From a virus (lineage: Duplodnaviria; Heunggongvirae; Uroviricota; Caudoviricetes), in IMG/VR virus record IMGVR_UViG_3300032093_000003: 64,000 nt of DNA; one strand, given 5' to 3'. Of this stretch, positions 41,049 to 52,300 are shown in pieces. The position numbers were made by a program, and so were the translations under genes. Within the stretch, counting starts at the first letter, position 1, and every line of letters begins with the position of its first letter. The notes under the pieces are model-generated. The model worked only from the letters and a program-made list of their open reading frames with translations, had not been told where the DNA came from and did no database searches.

Positions 41049-43577
41049 TTATTCGTTTATATCTTTAATTGTTAATATATCACTTGAATCGTAATATGAT
41101 AATCTTTTATTTCCACCTTGTCTTTCAAAAATATGACAAGTATATGATTCATATACAGATGGATTAGGACTTACGCCGGTTATTGTTATTACAATGTCAC
41201 CATCACCGTCAGAACCACCAATAGCGGAACCTAATATAGTAATTGTGTCTCCAACATTGAAAGACGTTCCTGATGAAACAAGTGACATACTTGTAACCTC
41301 ACCACCAACAGGTGTAAACTGAAAGTCAGAACCAACACCGTTTCCACTATTTATAAATTTAGTAGGTTCAAAAAGTTCAATAATCTGTGTTGACCATGGA
41401 TTATCCGTTCTATTAGTTCCTAAAGCAGTATACGTAAATGATGTTATAATACCATAATTAGTTGTAAAATCAGTCCCACTAACGTCTGTATCAATAACAT
41501 TCCATTGGAAGTAATCACCAATAGTGTTATTTTGGAAGTAATTACCAACTCTATTATTGTAAAAGTATTCTCCAATAATATTATTTTGGAAAATATCACC
41601 AATGTAGTTTTTCTGTGAGTTAAATCCTCCAAATCCGAAACCTTCATCAATTATATTATTTTGGAAGAAACTACCAATTTCATTATGTTGGAAATTTTGT
41701 GCAATTGTATTTCCTTGAAAAGCAGAACCTATGTTGTTACCAACAAATCCGTCACCGATAATATTACTTGTAAATCCATCCTTAATTATATTTGCAAAAA
41801 CATTACCAAAAAAGTCATTACCTAAGAAAAATGAACCGAAAGAATTATCGGCACAAATCCCACTAAATTCATTTCCTGAAACACCCCAACCTGTTTTATT
41901 GGTGTAAAACTCTTGATATATTATATTACCTTTAAATTCATTGAATATTTGGTTATCGTAGAAATGACCATATATTGTGTTATTTTCAAATCGTTCTCCA
42001 ATGATATTGGTATAAAAATCTGAGTTTATTGTGTTATTATAAAAATCATGATCAATTTGGTTTTTATAAATCGATTCGTTAATTGTATTGTTAGAGAATC
42101 TAGTACCTATTCTATTTTCATAAAAATCTCTACTAGAAGGATTCAAAATATCACCTAATGTGTTATTCTCAAAATATTCACCGATAACATTATCATAAAA
42201 CACACAATAAAGGTTATTATTGTTAAATCCGTTACCAATTAAATTTCCATTACCTCCCCAATAAATTTCATTATTATAAAATCCATTACCAATATCGTTT
42301 TTATAAAATTGTTGTTTAATTTTATTATTATTGAACTGACTACCTATTTCGTTATTTTGAAAGTCTCCTCCACTTATTTCATTATCTCGGAAATCATTCA
42401 TAATATTATTTCTATAAAAACTATTTTGGACTATATAGTTGTTATAAAAGTTTTCACCAATTCTATTATATTGGAAATTTGAGGTAATTCTATTATTAAA
42501 AAACTCATTTCCGATAACATTAGCATCAAAGTCATCATCAGTAATGTTGTTAAAGAAATAGTTTCCAATGTTATTATCATAACAATCATCAAAAAATGTG
42601 TTATTATAACAACTATGACCAAATTTATTACCTATAAATCTATTATGAAAAACATTATTAGCTAAAATAAAGTCATTTTCATTCTCTTGATATAAATTGG
42701 CATGATTACCAATATAATTGTTATAATTACCAGTACCGTCAAAAGTATAATACTCTCCAAATAAAGAAGGGTCATCTACATTGTTTTGATAATAACTACC
42801 ATATTCGTCCCAAAAGGTACCATACATTTTAGTATTTGGACCTAAAGTTACGGTTGTTAATCCTGTAATAGCCATTTCGGTATCACTTACAATATTTGTT
42901 ACTTCAAAAACCCTAAAATCATTATTAACCGATTCAAAACCAATCTTATCGCCCACTATAAGAGTACTTAAGAAAATAGTATCAGTACCAAAAACTGTCA
43001 TTTCTGTTGAAGAAATATCCGCAACACTAACAGTTCCTTGATATGGATTGTTTAGTGAAACTTCATAGTATCTATATCTTTTGAATAAAATTGTTCTATG
43101 ATCGTAATCAGTTCTGTTATTAAACTCATCAATTCTTTCTGTTATTCTACCTTTAGCTGGTGATCCAGTTCTTTCTGTCACATTAAATGTTATATCATAC
43201 TTAATACTATCTTTTGGATAAGAAGGTTGATATGCGTTTTCAGATAAAGTTGAATTTGATGTTGCAAACACAATTATTGAGTCAATATCCGCAACTTTAT
43301 AGTTATTTCCGACTATGGAATTTTTATTGTAATCATAATCAGGTTGATCATAACAAGTTTGGAAATCTGTTATTCTATAATAAGAACCGGCAACAAATGT
43401 TGCACCTGTATATTTGTCATATAACTCTGAGTAAGTAATATCCTCAAATGTTAGATTATTAGTTATAGATGAAAAATCTATATGATATGTTGACCCACTT
43501 AATTCTACCGGAAATAATGTGTCCGAAGTGGGATTTGCTAGATTAGTTAATTGACCGATGGTTTTTCCTGTTAACAT
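41049..43577 (-). CDS. Putative tail spike/fibre with parallel beta-helix repeats
   Basis: Many 'N.IG..F.NN.I' repeats (about aa 290-690); N-terminus MLTGKTIGQLTNL. Confidence 0.7.
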   Translation of the reverse strand: MLTGKTIGQLTNLANPTSDTLFPVELSGSTYHIDFSSITNNLTFEDITYSELYDKYTGATFVAGSYYRITDFQTCYDQPDYDYNKNSIVGNNYKVADIDSIIVFATSNSTLSENAYQPSYPKDSIKYDITFNVTERTGSPAKGRITERIDEFNNRTDYDHRTILFKRYRYYEVSLNNPYQGTVSVADISSTEMTVFGTDTIFLSTLIVGDKIGFESVNNDFRVFEVTNIVSDTEMAITGLTTVTLGPNTKMYGTFWDEYGSYYQNNVDDPSLFGEYYTFDGTGNYNNYIGNHANLYQENENDFILANNVFHNRFIGNKFGHSCYNNTFFDDCYDNNIGNYFFNNITDDDFDANVIGNEFFNNRITSNFQYNRIGENFYNNYIVQNSFYRNNIMNDFRDNEISGGDFQNNEIGSQFNNNKIKQQFYKNDIGNGFYNNEIYWGGNGNLIGNGFNNNNLYCVFYDNVIGEYFENNTLGDILNPSSRDFYENRIGTRFSNNTINESIYKNQIDHDFYNNTINSDFYTNIIGERFENNTIYGHFYDNQIFNEFKGNIIYQEFYTNKTGWGVSGNEFSGICADNSFGSFFLGNDFFGNVFANIIKDGFTSNIIGDGFVGNNIGSAFQGNTIAQNFQHNEIGSFFQNNIIDEGFGFGGFNSQKNYIGDIFQNNIIGEYFYNNRVGNYFQNNTIGDYFQWNVIDTDVSGTDFTTNYGIITSFTYTALGTNRTDNPWSTQIIELFEPTKFINSGNGVGSDFQFTPVGGEVTSMSLVSSGTSFNVGDTITILGSAIGGSDGDGDIVITITGVSPNPSVYESYTCHIFERQGGNKRLSYYDSSDILTIKDINE

Positions 43578-43615
43578 GATTTTTTCTTTTTAATATAAAT
43601 ATCTTTTTAAATGAA

Positions 43616-43638
43616 AAACCCTCTAATTTAGAGGGTTT
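43616..43638. terminator. Bidirectional intrinsic terminator
   Basis: AAACCCTCTA-ATT-TAGAGGGTTT with A- and T-rich flanks. Confidence 0.7.
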
Positions 43639-43643
43639 GTTTT

Positions 43644-44687
43644 TTATACTGTTTCAGCAACAAATTTAAATTTATATGTTTTACTTGGATATGTTGCAGG
43701 TATTATAATACCAAAACCATAATATTCATTACTGTACGGGTTAAACACCGCATCAATTGGACCGGCATATGTTGGACCATTTGGATTAAGACTCAAATCA
43801 AGAACTGCACCGAGTGTATTTGAATCACCTATCTGAGTTGGATTATTAACAACAGAAGATCCTGGAGTTACTCTAGTTGTATATGTGTATGGATACCATT
43901 CAATACCAACGAGATCACCACCAATATCAACCCCACCACCTTGAAGACCTGAAGAAGATCCGTTAGGAGAAACTTTTAATGCTTTATATATACCAACAAA
44001 TAATCCATACTTACCATCGGCTTCAGTGTCCAATATATTTGTTGTTACCGTTAATTTACTAATTGATTGTGGTGTTGAAAAACTGTGCCAATATTGACTA
44101 TCAGGATATAAAATTAAACTTGTATCAACATTTATACCTGAACCAATACCTATTGATGGTGCTTGAAAATAATCGTATACACCGAAAGCCTTTGTTTCTG
44201 TTCCACCAGTATGACTAATCTCAAAAATTGGATAATCCGCCACATTTGAACTTAATGGTGTTACAGTTGTTGACCAACCGCCAGGTAATGGATTTTCATA
44301 ACATACAAAATCATATGATATACCATCGTTAGGTACTCTAAAAAATCCGTCTACTATACCATTAATATCACCACCACCATTTGATGGGAATACTCTAATT
44401 GATCTATCGGATTTATTAACAACACTAACTCTCTTACCTTTAATTGGTGTTGTGGGTAATTTTACTGCAAAATTTTCAGTTGTTGCTGTTGTTATTACAT
44501 TAATACCGTAAACCAACACCGCGGTTGTACCACTATCAACACCTTGTGGTATCAAATCTGAAACCTGTTCAACAAATCCTGAATATATCACATGATATGT
44601 TTGACCATCAAGTTGTACTGGTATAAGTGAATCTTGTGTGATTCTGTTTAAATTCGTTAATTGACCAATTGTTTTTCCTGTTAACAT
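43644..44687 (-). CDS. Putative fibre/appendage protein
   Basis: Same N-terminal module MLTGKTIGQLTNL; 'AVKLPTTPIKGKRVSVVN...IRVFP...INGI' fibre-type domain. Confidence 0.65.
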   Translation of the reverse strand: MLTGKTIGQLTNLNRITQDSLIPVQLDGQTYHVIYSGFVEQVSDLIPQGVDSGTTAVLVYGINVITTATTENFAVKLPTTPIKGKRVSVVNKSDRSIRVFPSNGGGDINGIVDGFFRVPNDGISYDFVCYENPLPGGWSTTVTPLSSNVADYPIFEISHTGGTETKAFGVYDYFQAPSIGIGSGINVDTSLILYPDSQYWHSFSTPQSISKLTVTTNILDTEADGKYGLFVGIYKALKVSPNGSSSGLQGGGVDIGGDLVGIEWYPYTYTTRVTPGSSVVNNPTQIGDSNTLGAVLDLSLNPNGPTYAGPIDAVFNPYSNEYYGFGIIIPATYPSKTYKFKFVAETV

Positions 44688-44714
44688 TTTATTTTTTTTT
44701 ATTTTTTTATACTT

Positions 44715-45896
44715 TTATTCAATAAATTGAAGATAAAATCCCTCACCGATTGAAATATATTCATTATTATCTGTTATTATTGGATCTACTAGAACTTCAT
44801 CTAATGGTGGACACTGACAATCACCAACATAAGTTATAGTGTAACTTGGGAATAAATCTAAATAAAAAGTTCCACCTGATATACAACTATTATCAAAAGG
44901 TGTATATTCTGTAACACCAGAATTTATGAGATCATTTTTTTGTTGTCCTGTACAACAATCAGTCCAAAATACATATGTAGAATCTGTAGTTACATCAAAT
45001 TGAACTGATGTATAACAACCTGAAATCGGTGACAGACACGTACCTGATGTAACTATTGGTAAAGGATTTTGTCCCGGACCAGTTAATTCCCACGTAGTAA
45101 CTAAATCAGGTGTTGCAACATTGTCGCTACTAAAATAATAACTAGTTCCTATATTTTTTATAAACCAAAATCCTCCAAATCCTGGCTCCCAAACTATAAA
45201 ATTATTTTCATTTGAATATGAATTTTTACCATCTACAATTCCCACAAATGTGTATGTACCATTAACAATAGATGATCCCGCATCGGACACACAAATTGGT
45301 CCAAATGGATCAATTGTAGGCGTTGGCGTTGGTGTTGGTGTATCTGTTGGTGTTGGTGTAGGTGTATCTGTTGGCGTTGGTGTTGGGGCATTAATTAAAA
45401 AGATTTCTGCAATAGAACCAAGAGGTGCCCCCGATAAAATCGGTTGACCAAATAAAACTTCACCGGTCAAATTACTATATTCTTCATTTATTGTGACAAT
45501 TGTTTGTCCTGTTAAGTTTGAGTGATTTATTGTAACACCAGTAGAAATAGTCACCGAACCACCTGAAAATAAACTTAAAAACATTTCAAAATATAAAGTA
45601 ACGTTACCACTAACTCTACGATTAGAAATTAAGTTAAATTTACCAATTATTGAACCGGGTAAAATTTCTGTTTCTAAACTTAATTCTAATGGTGTTGGAT
45701 CGGGTACCAATAAAGAATATGTGTGATCATATTCCCCAAAGTACAAATCATATATACCATATGGGTTTGTGTCATAATAATTAAATGGAACTGTTTTGAC
45801 ACCCAAATTAAACGATCCACCGGAAGTTGGATTAAAAGTAACATTTGTTGTTTTACCACTCAAATTATTACTTAATATTCTTGCACCTATTGCCAT
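44715..45896 (-). CDS. Putative virion appendage protein with Pro/Thr linker
   Basis: PTPTPTD repeats, Cys-containing beta-domains, C-terminal 'IITDNNEYISI' motif. Confidence 0.65.
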   Translation of the reverse strand: MAIGARILSNNLSGKTTNVTFNPTSGGSFNLGVKTVPFNYYDTNPYGIYDLYFGEYDHTYSLLVPDPTPLELSLETEILPGSIIGKFNLISNRRVSGNVTLYFEMFLSLFSGGSVTISTGVTINHSNLTGQTIVTINEEYSNLTGEVLFGQPILSGAPLGSIAEIFLINAPTPTPTDTPTPTPTDTPTPTPTPTIDPFGPICVSDAGSSIVNGTYTFVGIVDGKNSYSNENNFIVWEPGFGGFWFIKNIGTSYYFSSDNVATPDLVTTWELTGPGQNPLPIVTSGTCLSPISGCYTSVQFDVTTDSTYVFWTDCCTGQQKNDLINSGVTEYTPFDNSCISGGTFYLDLFPSYTITYVGDCQCPPLDEVLVDPIITDNNEYISIGEGFYLQFIE

Positions 45897-45951
45897 TTTT
45901 TATTTTATTTATAAATATCTTTAATTTACTATTTATTTTTTCATATTAAAT

Positions 45952-47418
45952 TTATTCCAAAATTTCGTGATTCAGATCACCGGTTGGTATTATCAAATAA
46001 GACAATTCTCCGTTAGGTATAATTGTATATATTGTATCGTTATTTGGGATTATTAAGTGTGTTAAGTTATTAGGTATTATTAAATAAGACAAATCCCCGT
46101 TAGGTAATATATTATAATTTATATCGTTATTTGGAATTATTAGATATGTTAAATCATTTTTTGGTGCAAATATAAATTCATAATTTATTGTATATTGAGC
46201 ATTAATTGTATTTGGAACAACATTTAATTGATCATAAGATGCTGTGGCATTTAATAAATTGTAATCATCATTCAAATTAACAATCGTACTTCCACTAGTA
46301 CCATTTTGCTCTATTGATACTGAATTTGTTATTGTTATTGGTGATCCCGATATCACACCAAGATTATTAACAAAATTTAATGTTATAGATTCAAATAATG
46401 GTTTATCTGACGTTAATATATATTTTGATTTAATAGATCCTGGAGTGAAAATTGCCTTAAGATTTAAATTAAAATTCGTACCTGAACCAATTAAATTATC
46501 ATCACATTTAACACCACAAATTTCAAAATCAAACTCATTCAGTCTGGTCATAAAATTATGATAAACCTGAACAAAATTTAACGGTTCTTCATAATATTTT
46601 ATTGTTTTTATATTAAATTCAGAAACACCTTCGTGAATACCCATCATTAATGGTGTACCACCTCCCCATGATTGTATGAATGGTTGAACACCTCTATTTG
46701 AAGGTATTACCTCTTCAAAATCTTTTATTTTTGCAATAGGTCTACCATTTAAATATATTTTTAAAATACCCAATCTGTTTTTTCTTTCATTCGCCCATTT
46801 TCTGTTTAAAACTTCAGGATACGAATAATCGGGAGTGGCCCCCGTCATAACATCAAGAGGATTGTTATTTAATGTTCTACCGGTAATTAAATCATTCCAA
46901 CCACCATCATTTTCTAAATTACAATCTGTTAATCTTTTATATCGGTCAAATGTTATTGTAATATTAAAATCTTTATTTAGATCTGTAACACATAATGGGT
47001 CCGTTTGACCATTTGTAACATAATAAGATTCGGTATACCCACTATTTGTTTGACATATACCCAAATAACGAATTGCAGACCATTTTATTCTACCATCATT
47101 TGTAAAACCAAAAGATAGGTTATTGTCTGCATAATTTTTAATGTTGTCATCACCCCTAACACCAATATAATAAAAAATACTACCTTGTGACCAATTTAAA
47201 CCCTCTCTATTGAATACAAAGTCAAGGGTCCATCCTTTTTCTGGTCTTCTTTTTATTATACCATCACAATTATCGGGACCGGCACCACTATCAATTTTAA
47301 ACGCCCAAGGTTTTACACCCGTTTTTGGGGCTTGTGAACAACAATTATCAGGATCAGATAATTTTTCCACACAATCAATAATAGAAACCGAAAATCCCGA
47401 AATATTTAATATTGACAT
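45952..47418 (-). CDS. Putative LamG/ConA-like virion protein with C-terminal 10-aa repeats
   Basis: 'LKIYLNG', 'IKTIKYYEEPL' LamG-like patterns; tail 'NDLTYLIIPN' repeated about 7 times. Confidence 0.6.
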   Translation of the reverse strand: MSILNISGFSVSIIDCVEKLSDPDNCCSQAPKTGVKPWAFKIDSGAGPDNCDGIIKRRPEKGWTLDFVFNREGLNWSQGSIFYYIGVRGDDNIKNYADNNLSFGFTNDGRIKWSAIRYLGICQTNSGYTESYYVTNGQTDPLCVTDLNKDFNITITFDRYKRLTDCNLENDGGWNDLITGRTLNNNPLDVMTGATPDYSYPEVLNRKWANERKNRLGILKIYLNGRPIAKIKDFEEVIPSNRGVQPFIQSWGGGTPLMMGIHEGVSEFNIKTIKYYEEPLNFVQVYHNFMTRLNEFDFEICGVKCDDNLIGSGTNFNLNLKAIFTPGSIKSKYILTSDKPLFESITLNFVNNLGVISGSPITITNSVSIEQNGTSGSTIVNLNDDYNLLNATASYDQLNVVPNTINAQYTINYEFIFAPKNDLTYLIIPNNDINYNILPNGDLSYLIIPNNLTHLIIPNNDTIYTIIPNGELSYLIIPTGDLNHEILE

Positions 47419-47464
47419 TACATTTTTTATATAAATATCAATGAAATAAAAGATTTGATAATAA

Positions 47465-47493
47465 AAAACCCCACATAATACATGTGGGGTTTT
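47465..47493. terminator. Bidirectional intrinsic terminator
   Basis: AAAACCCCACAT / ATGTGGGGTTTT stem. Confidence 0.75.
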
Positions 47494-47515
47494 ATTTTTG
47501 ATTTTTAATCAAATC

Positions 47516-48106
47516 TTATACTGCTAATTTTTTAACATATATTGTTGTTGGGGCACCGTTACTATTTGACGGGAATGGTGCATTTATTGATGGATTTATT
47601 GAAACTGTATAATATGTTGGTGAAGTAATGTTAACAATTGTATGACCATATATTATTTGATCGTCCGAAGTCTCTGTACTTGAATAATCTGAAATCATAT
47701 TACCTACAGTCATTGCACCGTTAGATGTTGTTGAACTATTTAATCTAACACTAACGTCGATACTATTGAATAAGTCAAAAATATGTACACTTGAAGTTAT
47801 TTCATAAAATCCAGGTTCTTTAAAAAATATTCTAGCACCTGTATTACCTGCTTGTGTTGAGTTAACTAATTCAAAAATATCGGTATTACTATTAAGAATG
47901 GTAGTGTCCCATCTAGGATAGTTTTCAACACCATTTGTTAAGTTAGCATAGTTTGTTGTCCAAGAAAAAGATGCAACTGCGGAATCTAAAAAAACAGATC
48001 TGGTTACTTTAAATGTTTCTGTTTCACCACTATTATTCATCACCACGTATGAACCAGTGGTGTCCCCTGTAAATAAGGGTAATTGACTTATTTTAACGTT
48101 AGCCAT
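47516..48106 (-). CDS. Putative fibre tip protein (C1q/TNF-like jelly roll)
   Basis: N-terminal 'MANVKISQLP'; 'IFFKEPGFYEITSSV' resembles the C1q-like 'F..P..G.Y' motif. Confidence 0.55.
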   Translation of the reverse strand: MANVKISQLPLFTGDTTGSYVVMNNSGETETFKVTRSVFLDSAVASFSWTTNYANLTNGVENYPRWDTTILNSNTDIFELVNSTQAGNTGARIFFKEPGFYEITSSVHIFDLFNSIDVSVRLNSSTTSNGAMTVGNMISDYSSTETSDDQIIYGHTIVNITSPTYYTVSINPSINAPFPSNSNGAPTTIYVKKLAV

Positions 48107-48154
48107 ATTCTTTTTTTATATAAATATCATAGATTTATGTTTTTTCAATTTTTT

Positions 48155-49381
48155 TTAATACAAACCTACTTGATAAAATGTTTTACCTGATAAAATTAAT
48201 TTTTCGGTAGAACTTCTACCTAAAACAATATGTGTTTCGGTAATACCTGTATTTGAATAATTAACAGTTTGTCCTGTCCAAGGAGAAATATTTATGGCGT
48301 CTACAACATCATCTATTCTATTGGCGTATCCAAAATATGTAACACCACCAATTAGTCCACCAGCAAATACCAACCCAACAATTTTTCTTGTTCCTGAAAT
48401 ATCAGCAACAAGAGCGGATCCCGAATCACCACCATTTATTGGATATGAACATATACTACCATTCGGTGTTGTAGTTGCACTCGCAATAAATTGTATACAT
48501 CTACCAAATTGAACCACAGTGTCGTTCCCCTGCTTAGTATATGCAATATTAATTGTTACAGGATATGAATTTGTTAAAAGTTTCATTTCACCTTCACCTT
48601 TAGATCCGGTCGTTCTACCCGCACTAAATAAATTGTTTTTATTTGTTAATAATCCGTCAATTTCAGAAGAAGTTGCAAATTCGAGTGGTTGCGTCCATCC
48701 GGTAACACCTTCCATTAAATAAGAAGTACTTATGTTAATATCTGAAGAATTAATGGTTGTTAATGCAACATCTGCATAGTTTATTGAACCACTTGAAATT
48801 GGTTTATATTTTTTTACTTTACCAATTGCATTATTTAAACTTGAATTACCCGATTCATTTGGTTGTGTAACAAAATCATTAAGTATTGATGTTTTTATTC
48901 CACCTAAACTTCTATCTGAATTTAAAAATGCATCGTAAACTAAAACATGATTATTTGATACACCCACCAATGAATTTGTCTCGTTGTCAACAGCCAAAAA
49001 CCCCATCGTCCCAACAAACCCACTTAAATCACTAAAATTTGTTACAGATATACCACATTTTAAAGGTCTTATTTTATTTCTATTGGATGGAGGTGTTGTT
49101 TGCCAATTATAAAAATCAGAAGGACATGTTAATGGTTTTATTTCCAATTCTACCACATCTGTTTTAAATGTCTCACCAGAATATGTTATGGTATTTGGGA
49201 TTAAATCTTTTTCATCCACTTGTTCTATCGGTAATTTTTTCGACACACTGAAAATCAATGATTTTTCTGTTGTTAATAAACCATTTTTTGTTTTATATCC
49301 ATATCCAACACCAATAACATTATCTGAAGTCTCTTGTTGATATTTTATTGTCAATTCATCCAATAATTTCATGTCTTCCAT
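48155..49381 (-). CDS. Trypsin-like (S1/PA clan, Nal1-type) serine protease
   Basis: Triad motifs 'SNNHV', 'ADVAL', 'GGDSGS', plus 'GRTTG' and 'VGLVFAG'; N-terminal prodomain-like region. Confidence 0.85.
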   Translation of the reverse strand: MEDMKLLDELTIKYQQETSDNVIGVGYGYKTKNGLLTTEKSLIFSVSKKLPIEQVDEKDLIPNTITYSGETFKTDVVELEIKPLTCPSDFYNWQTTPPSNRNKIRPLKCGISVTNFSDLSGFVGTMGFLAVDNETNSLVGVSNNHVLVYDAFLNSDRSLGGIKTSILNDFVTQPNESGNSSLNNAIGKVKKYKPISSGSINYADVALTTINSSDINISTSYLMEGVTGWTQPLEFATSSEIDGLLTNKNNLFSAGRTTGSKGEGEMKLLTNSYPVTINIAYTKQGNDTVVQFGRCIQFIASATTTPNGSICSYPINGGDSGSALVADISGTRKIVGLVFAGGLIGGVTYFGYANRIDDVVDAINISPWTGQTVNYSNTGITETHIVLGRSSTEKLILSGKTFYQVGLY

Positions 49382-49384
49382 ATG

Positions 49385-52300
49385 TTATAAATTTGGTATA
49401 AAGATAAATAATGTGTTGACTGTTGAATCAATTATTAAAAAATCAGAATTTTCTGTTAATATATTATCCGAACCTTCCGTTGATAAATAATCTTCAGGGA
49501 CACTTGTCGATGTTGGCGTTGGTGTAGGTGTTGGAGTTGGCGTCTCAGTTGGTGTAGGTGTACTAGTTTCAGTTGGTGTAGGTGTACTAGTTTCTGTTGG
49601 TGTAGGTGTACTAGTTTCTGTTGGCGTTTCTGTTGGTGTAGGTGTACTAGTTTCTGTTGGTGTAGGTGTACTAGTTTCTGTTGGCGTTTCTGTTGGTGTA
49701 GGTGTACTAGTTTCTGTTGGCGTTTCTGTTGGTGTAGGTGTACTAGTTTCTGTTGGTGTTGGCGTCTCCGTAGGAGTTGGCGTTTCTGTTGGCGTAGGTG
49801 TACTAGTTTCAGTTGGTGTTGGCGTACTAGTCTCCGTAGGAGTTGGTGTCTCGGTTGGCGTAGGTGTACTAGTTTCTGTTGGTGTTGGCGTTTCTGTTGG
49901 TGTCTCGGTTGGCGTTGGTGTACTAGTTTCAGTTGGTGTTGGTGACGGTGTTGGGTCAGGACACTCATCCTGTTCTAATGAAATATAATCACTATTCTCA
50001 GTTAATACATAAAACCCATCTTCTTTTGTTAATAATTTTTCACAAGTTTCTATTGGTGTTGGTGTTGGCGTTTCAGTTGGTGTTGGCGTACTAGTCTCCG
50101 TAGGAGTTGGTGTCTCGGTTGGTGTTGGTGTTTCTGTTGCAGTTGGCGTAGGTGTTTCTGTTGCGGTTGGTGTAGGTGTACTAGTTTCTGTTGGTGTTGG
50201 CGTTGGTGTACTAGTTTCAGTTGGCGTTGGTGTACTAGTTTCTGTTGGTGTAGGTGTACTAGTTTCTGTTGGTGTTGGCGTTGGTGTACTAGTTTCTGTT
50301 GGTGTTGGCGTTGGTGTACTAGTTTCTGTTGGTGTTGGCGTCTCCGTAGGAGTTGGCGTTTCAGTTGGCGTTGGTGTACTAGTTTCTGTTGGTGTTGGCG
50401 TCTCCGTAGGAGTTGGCGTTTCAGTTGGTGTTGGCGTACTAGTCTCCGTAGGAGTTGGTGTCTCGGTTGGCGTTGGCGTAATAGTTTCAGTTGGTGTTGG
50501 GGACGGTGTTGGGGTCGGTGTTGCTGTAGGTGTAGGAGTAGGTATTGTCACATACACATAGTTAGTTGAAATTGTGAAACCACTTAAAGTTCCTCCTGTT
50601 GTATTAACAGTAATATTTTCAAATTGAGATTCTAGTGTTAGTTCATTATAATTACCATTTGTTACGATTTGTGTCGTTCCACTTGTTGTACCACTTGATA
50701 ATAATAATGTAACATTATTAATTATCGGACTTCCAGTTGTGGTATATAATACCTCATCAAAATTTAAAGAAATGTCAAAATCATATTGTTGAAATATATA
50801 TGTATTATAATTACTGATTATTGAACCTTCAGTATGTTCAGATTCAATAATTATTGTACCACAATTTCCATCTTCAAATATTATATAATCACCATTTTCA
50901 GTTGTTATTAAATTACCATTTTCACCTTCAACTATTATTTCACATAATGGTAATGTAGGTGTTGGTGTTGGAGTTGGTGTTTCTGTTGGAGTTGGAGTCT
51001 CAGTTGGTGTAGGCGTTGGCGTACTAGTTTCAGTTGGTGTAGGCGTTGGCGTACTAGTTTCAGTTGGTGTAGGCGTTGGTGTTTCTGTTGCAGTTGGCGT
51101 TGGCGTACTAGTTTCAGTTGGTGTAGGCGTTGGTGTTTCTGTTGCAGTTGGCGTTGGGGTTGATGTTGCGGTTGGTGTAGGCGTTGGAATAGGTCCGGGT
51201 TCCGCACCAAAAATACCCCATAAAAGATTTGTTCTAAATTCTATACCAGTAAATGTTAATGTTATTTGACTATGTGTACCTGGGAATCTTATAACACCAT
51301 ATCCTTCATTTGATGATATTTTTTTATTTATTGGATCAACTATTAGTCCATTAAAACATGTCGGATAACATGGATCAAAATTAACAAAATCAACATCGGT
51401 AAAGAATGTTTGAGTTTGTGTCGGCGAACCTAAAGACCAAACACCTAATAATGCGTCTGTTATTTGAGGATTAAATGTAAAGGTTAATTGATTTGGACCC
51501 TCAACTAAATAGGTTATACCAGTACTCGGTTGTGTAACATCAGTACATGTTAAACAATCTGTAAATTGTGCACTTTCTTTACTTACAATTCCCGATCCAC
51601 TATAACTCACTGAAACATCATGAGATTGTGTTGTTGTTATAATTTGACCTTCAGTAACACCTGTATTTATAAAATATTCCCAAACAATATTTTGAATACT
51701 TGGTGTTGGTGGAAGTGTAGGTGTTGGAGGAGTACAATCGTTTATCTCGGTATATATTATACTACCATCTTCTGTTGTTATAATGATATCATTTTCACCT
51801 GACACAACACCAATACAAGTACCTATATTAGTGGTTATACCACCTTCATCATCAATAACACTTGATGCACAGAAATAAACCTGACTATTACCCGAAACTT
51901 CAATTGTGATAGGTGAAGAAGTTAAACAATCCAAATATGTTACAAAACTTGAACTTGGGAAAGTGTTATTTGCTAAATAACAATAACAATTAAGTATAGT
52001 AGGTGTTGGCGTTGGTGTAGGTGTACTAGTTTCTGTTGGTGTAGGTGTACTAGTTTCTGTTGGTGTAGGTGTACTAGTTTCAGTTGGTGTTGGTGTACTA
52101 GTTTCTGTTGGTGTAGGTGTACTAGTTTCAGTTGGCGTTGGTGTACTAGTTTCAGTTGGTGTAGGTGTACTAGTTTCTGTTGGTGTTGGTGTACTAGTTT
52201 CAGTTGGCGTTGGGGTTGATGTTGCGGTTGGAGTACTAGTTGCAGTTGGAGTACTAGTTGCAGTTGGAGTACTAGTTGCAGTTGGAGTACTAGTTGCAGT

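Noticed and set aside
49456-51210. Alternative-frame ORFs (49456..49968, 50935..51210) with HQQKLVHL repeats
   Set aside because: These are frame shadows of the Pro/Thr tandem repeats.
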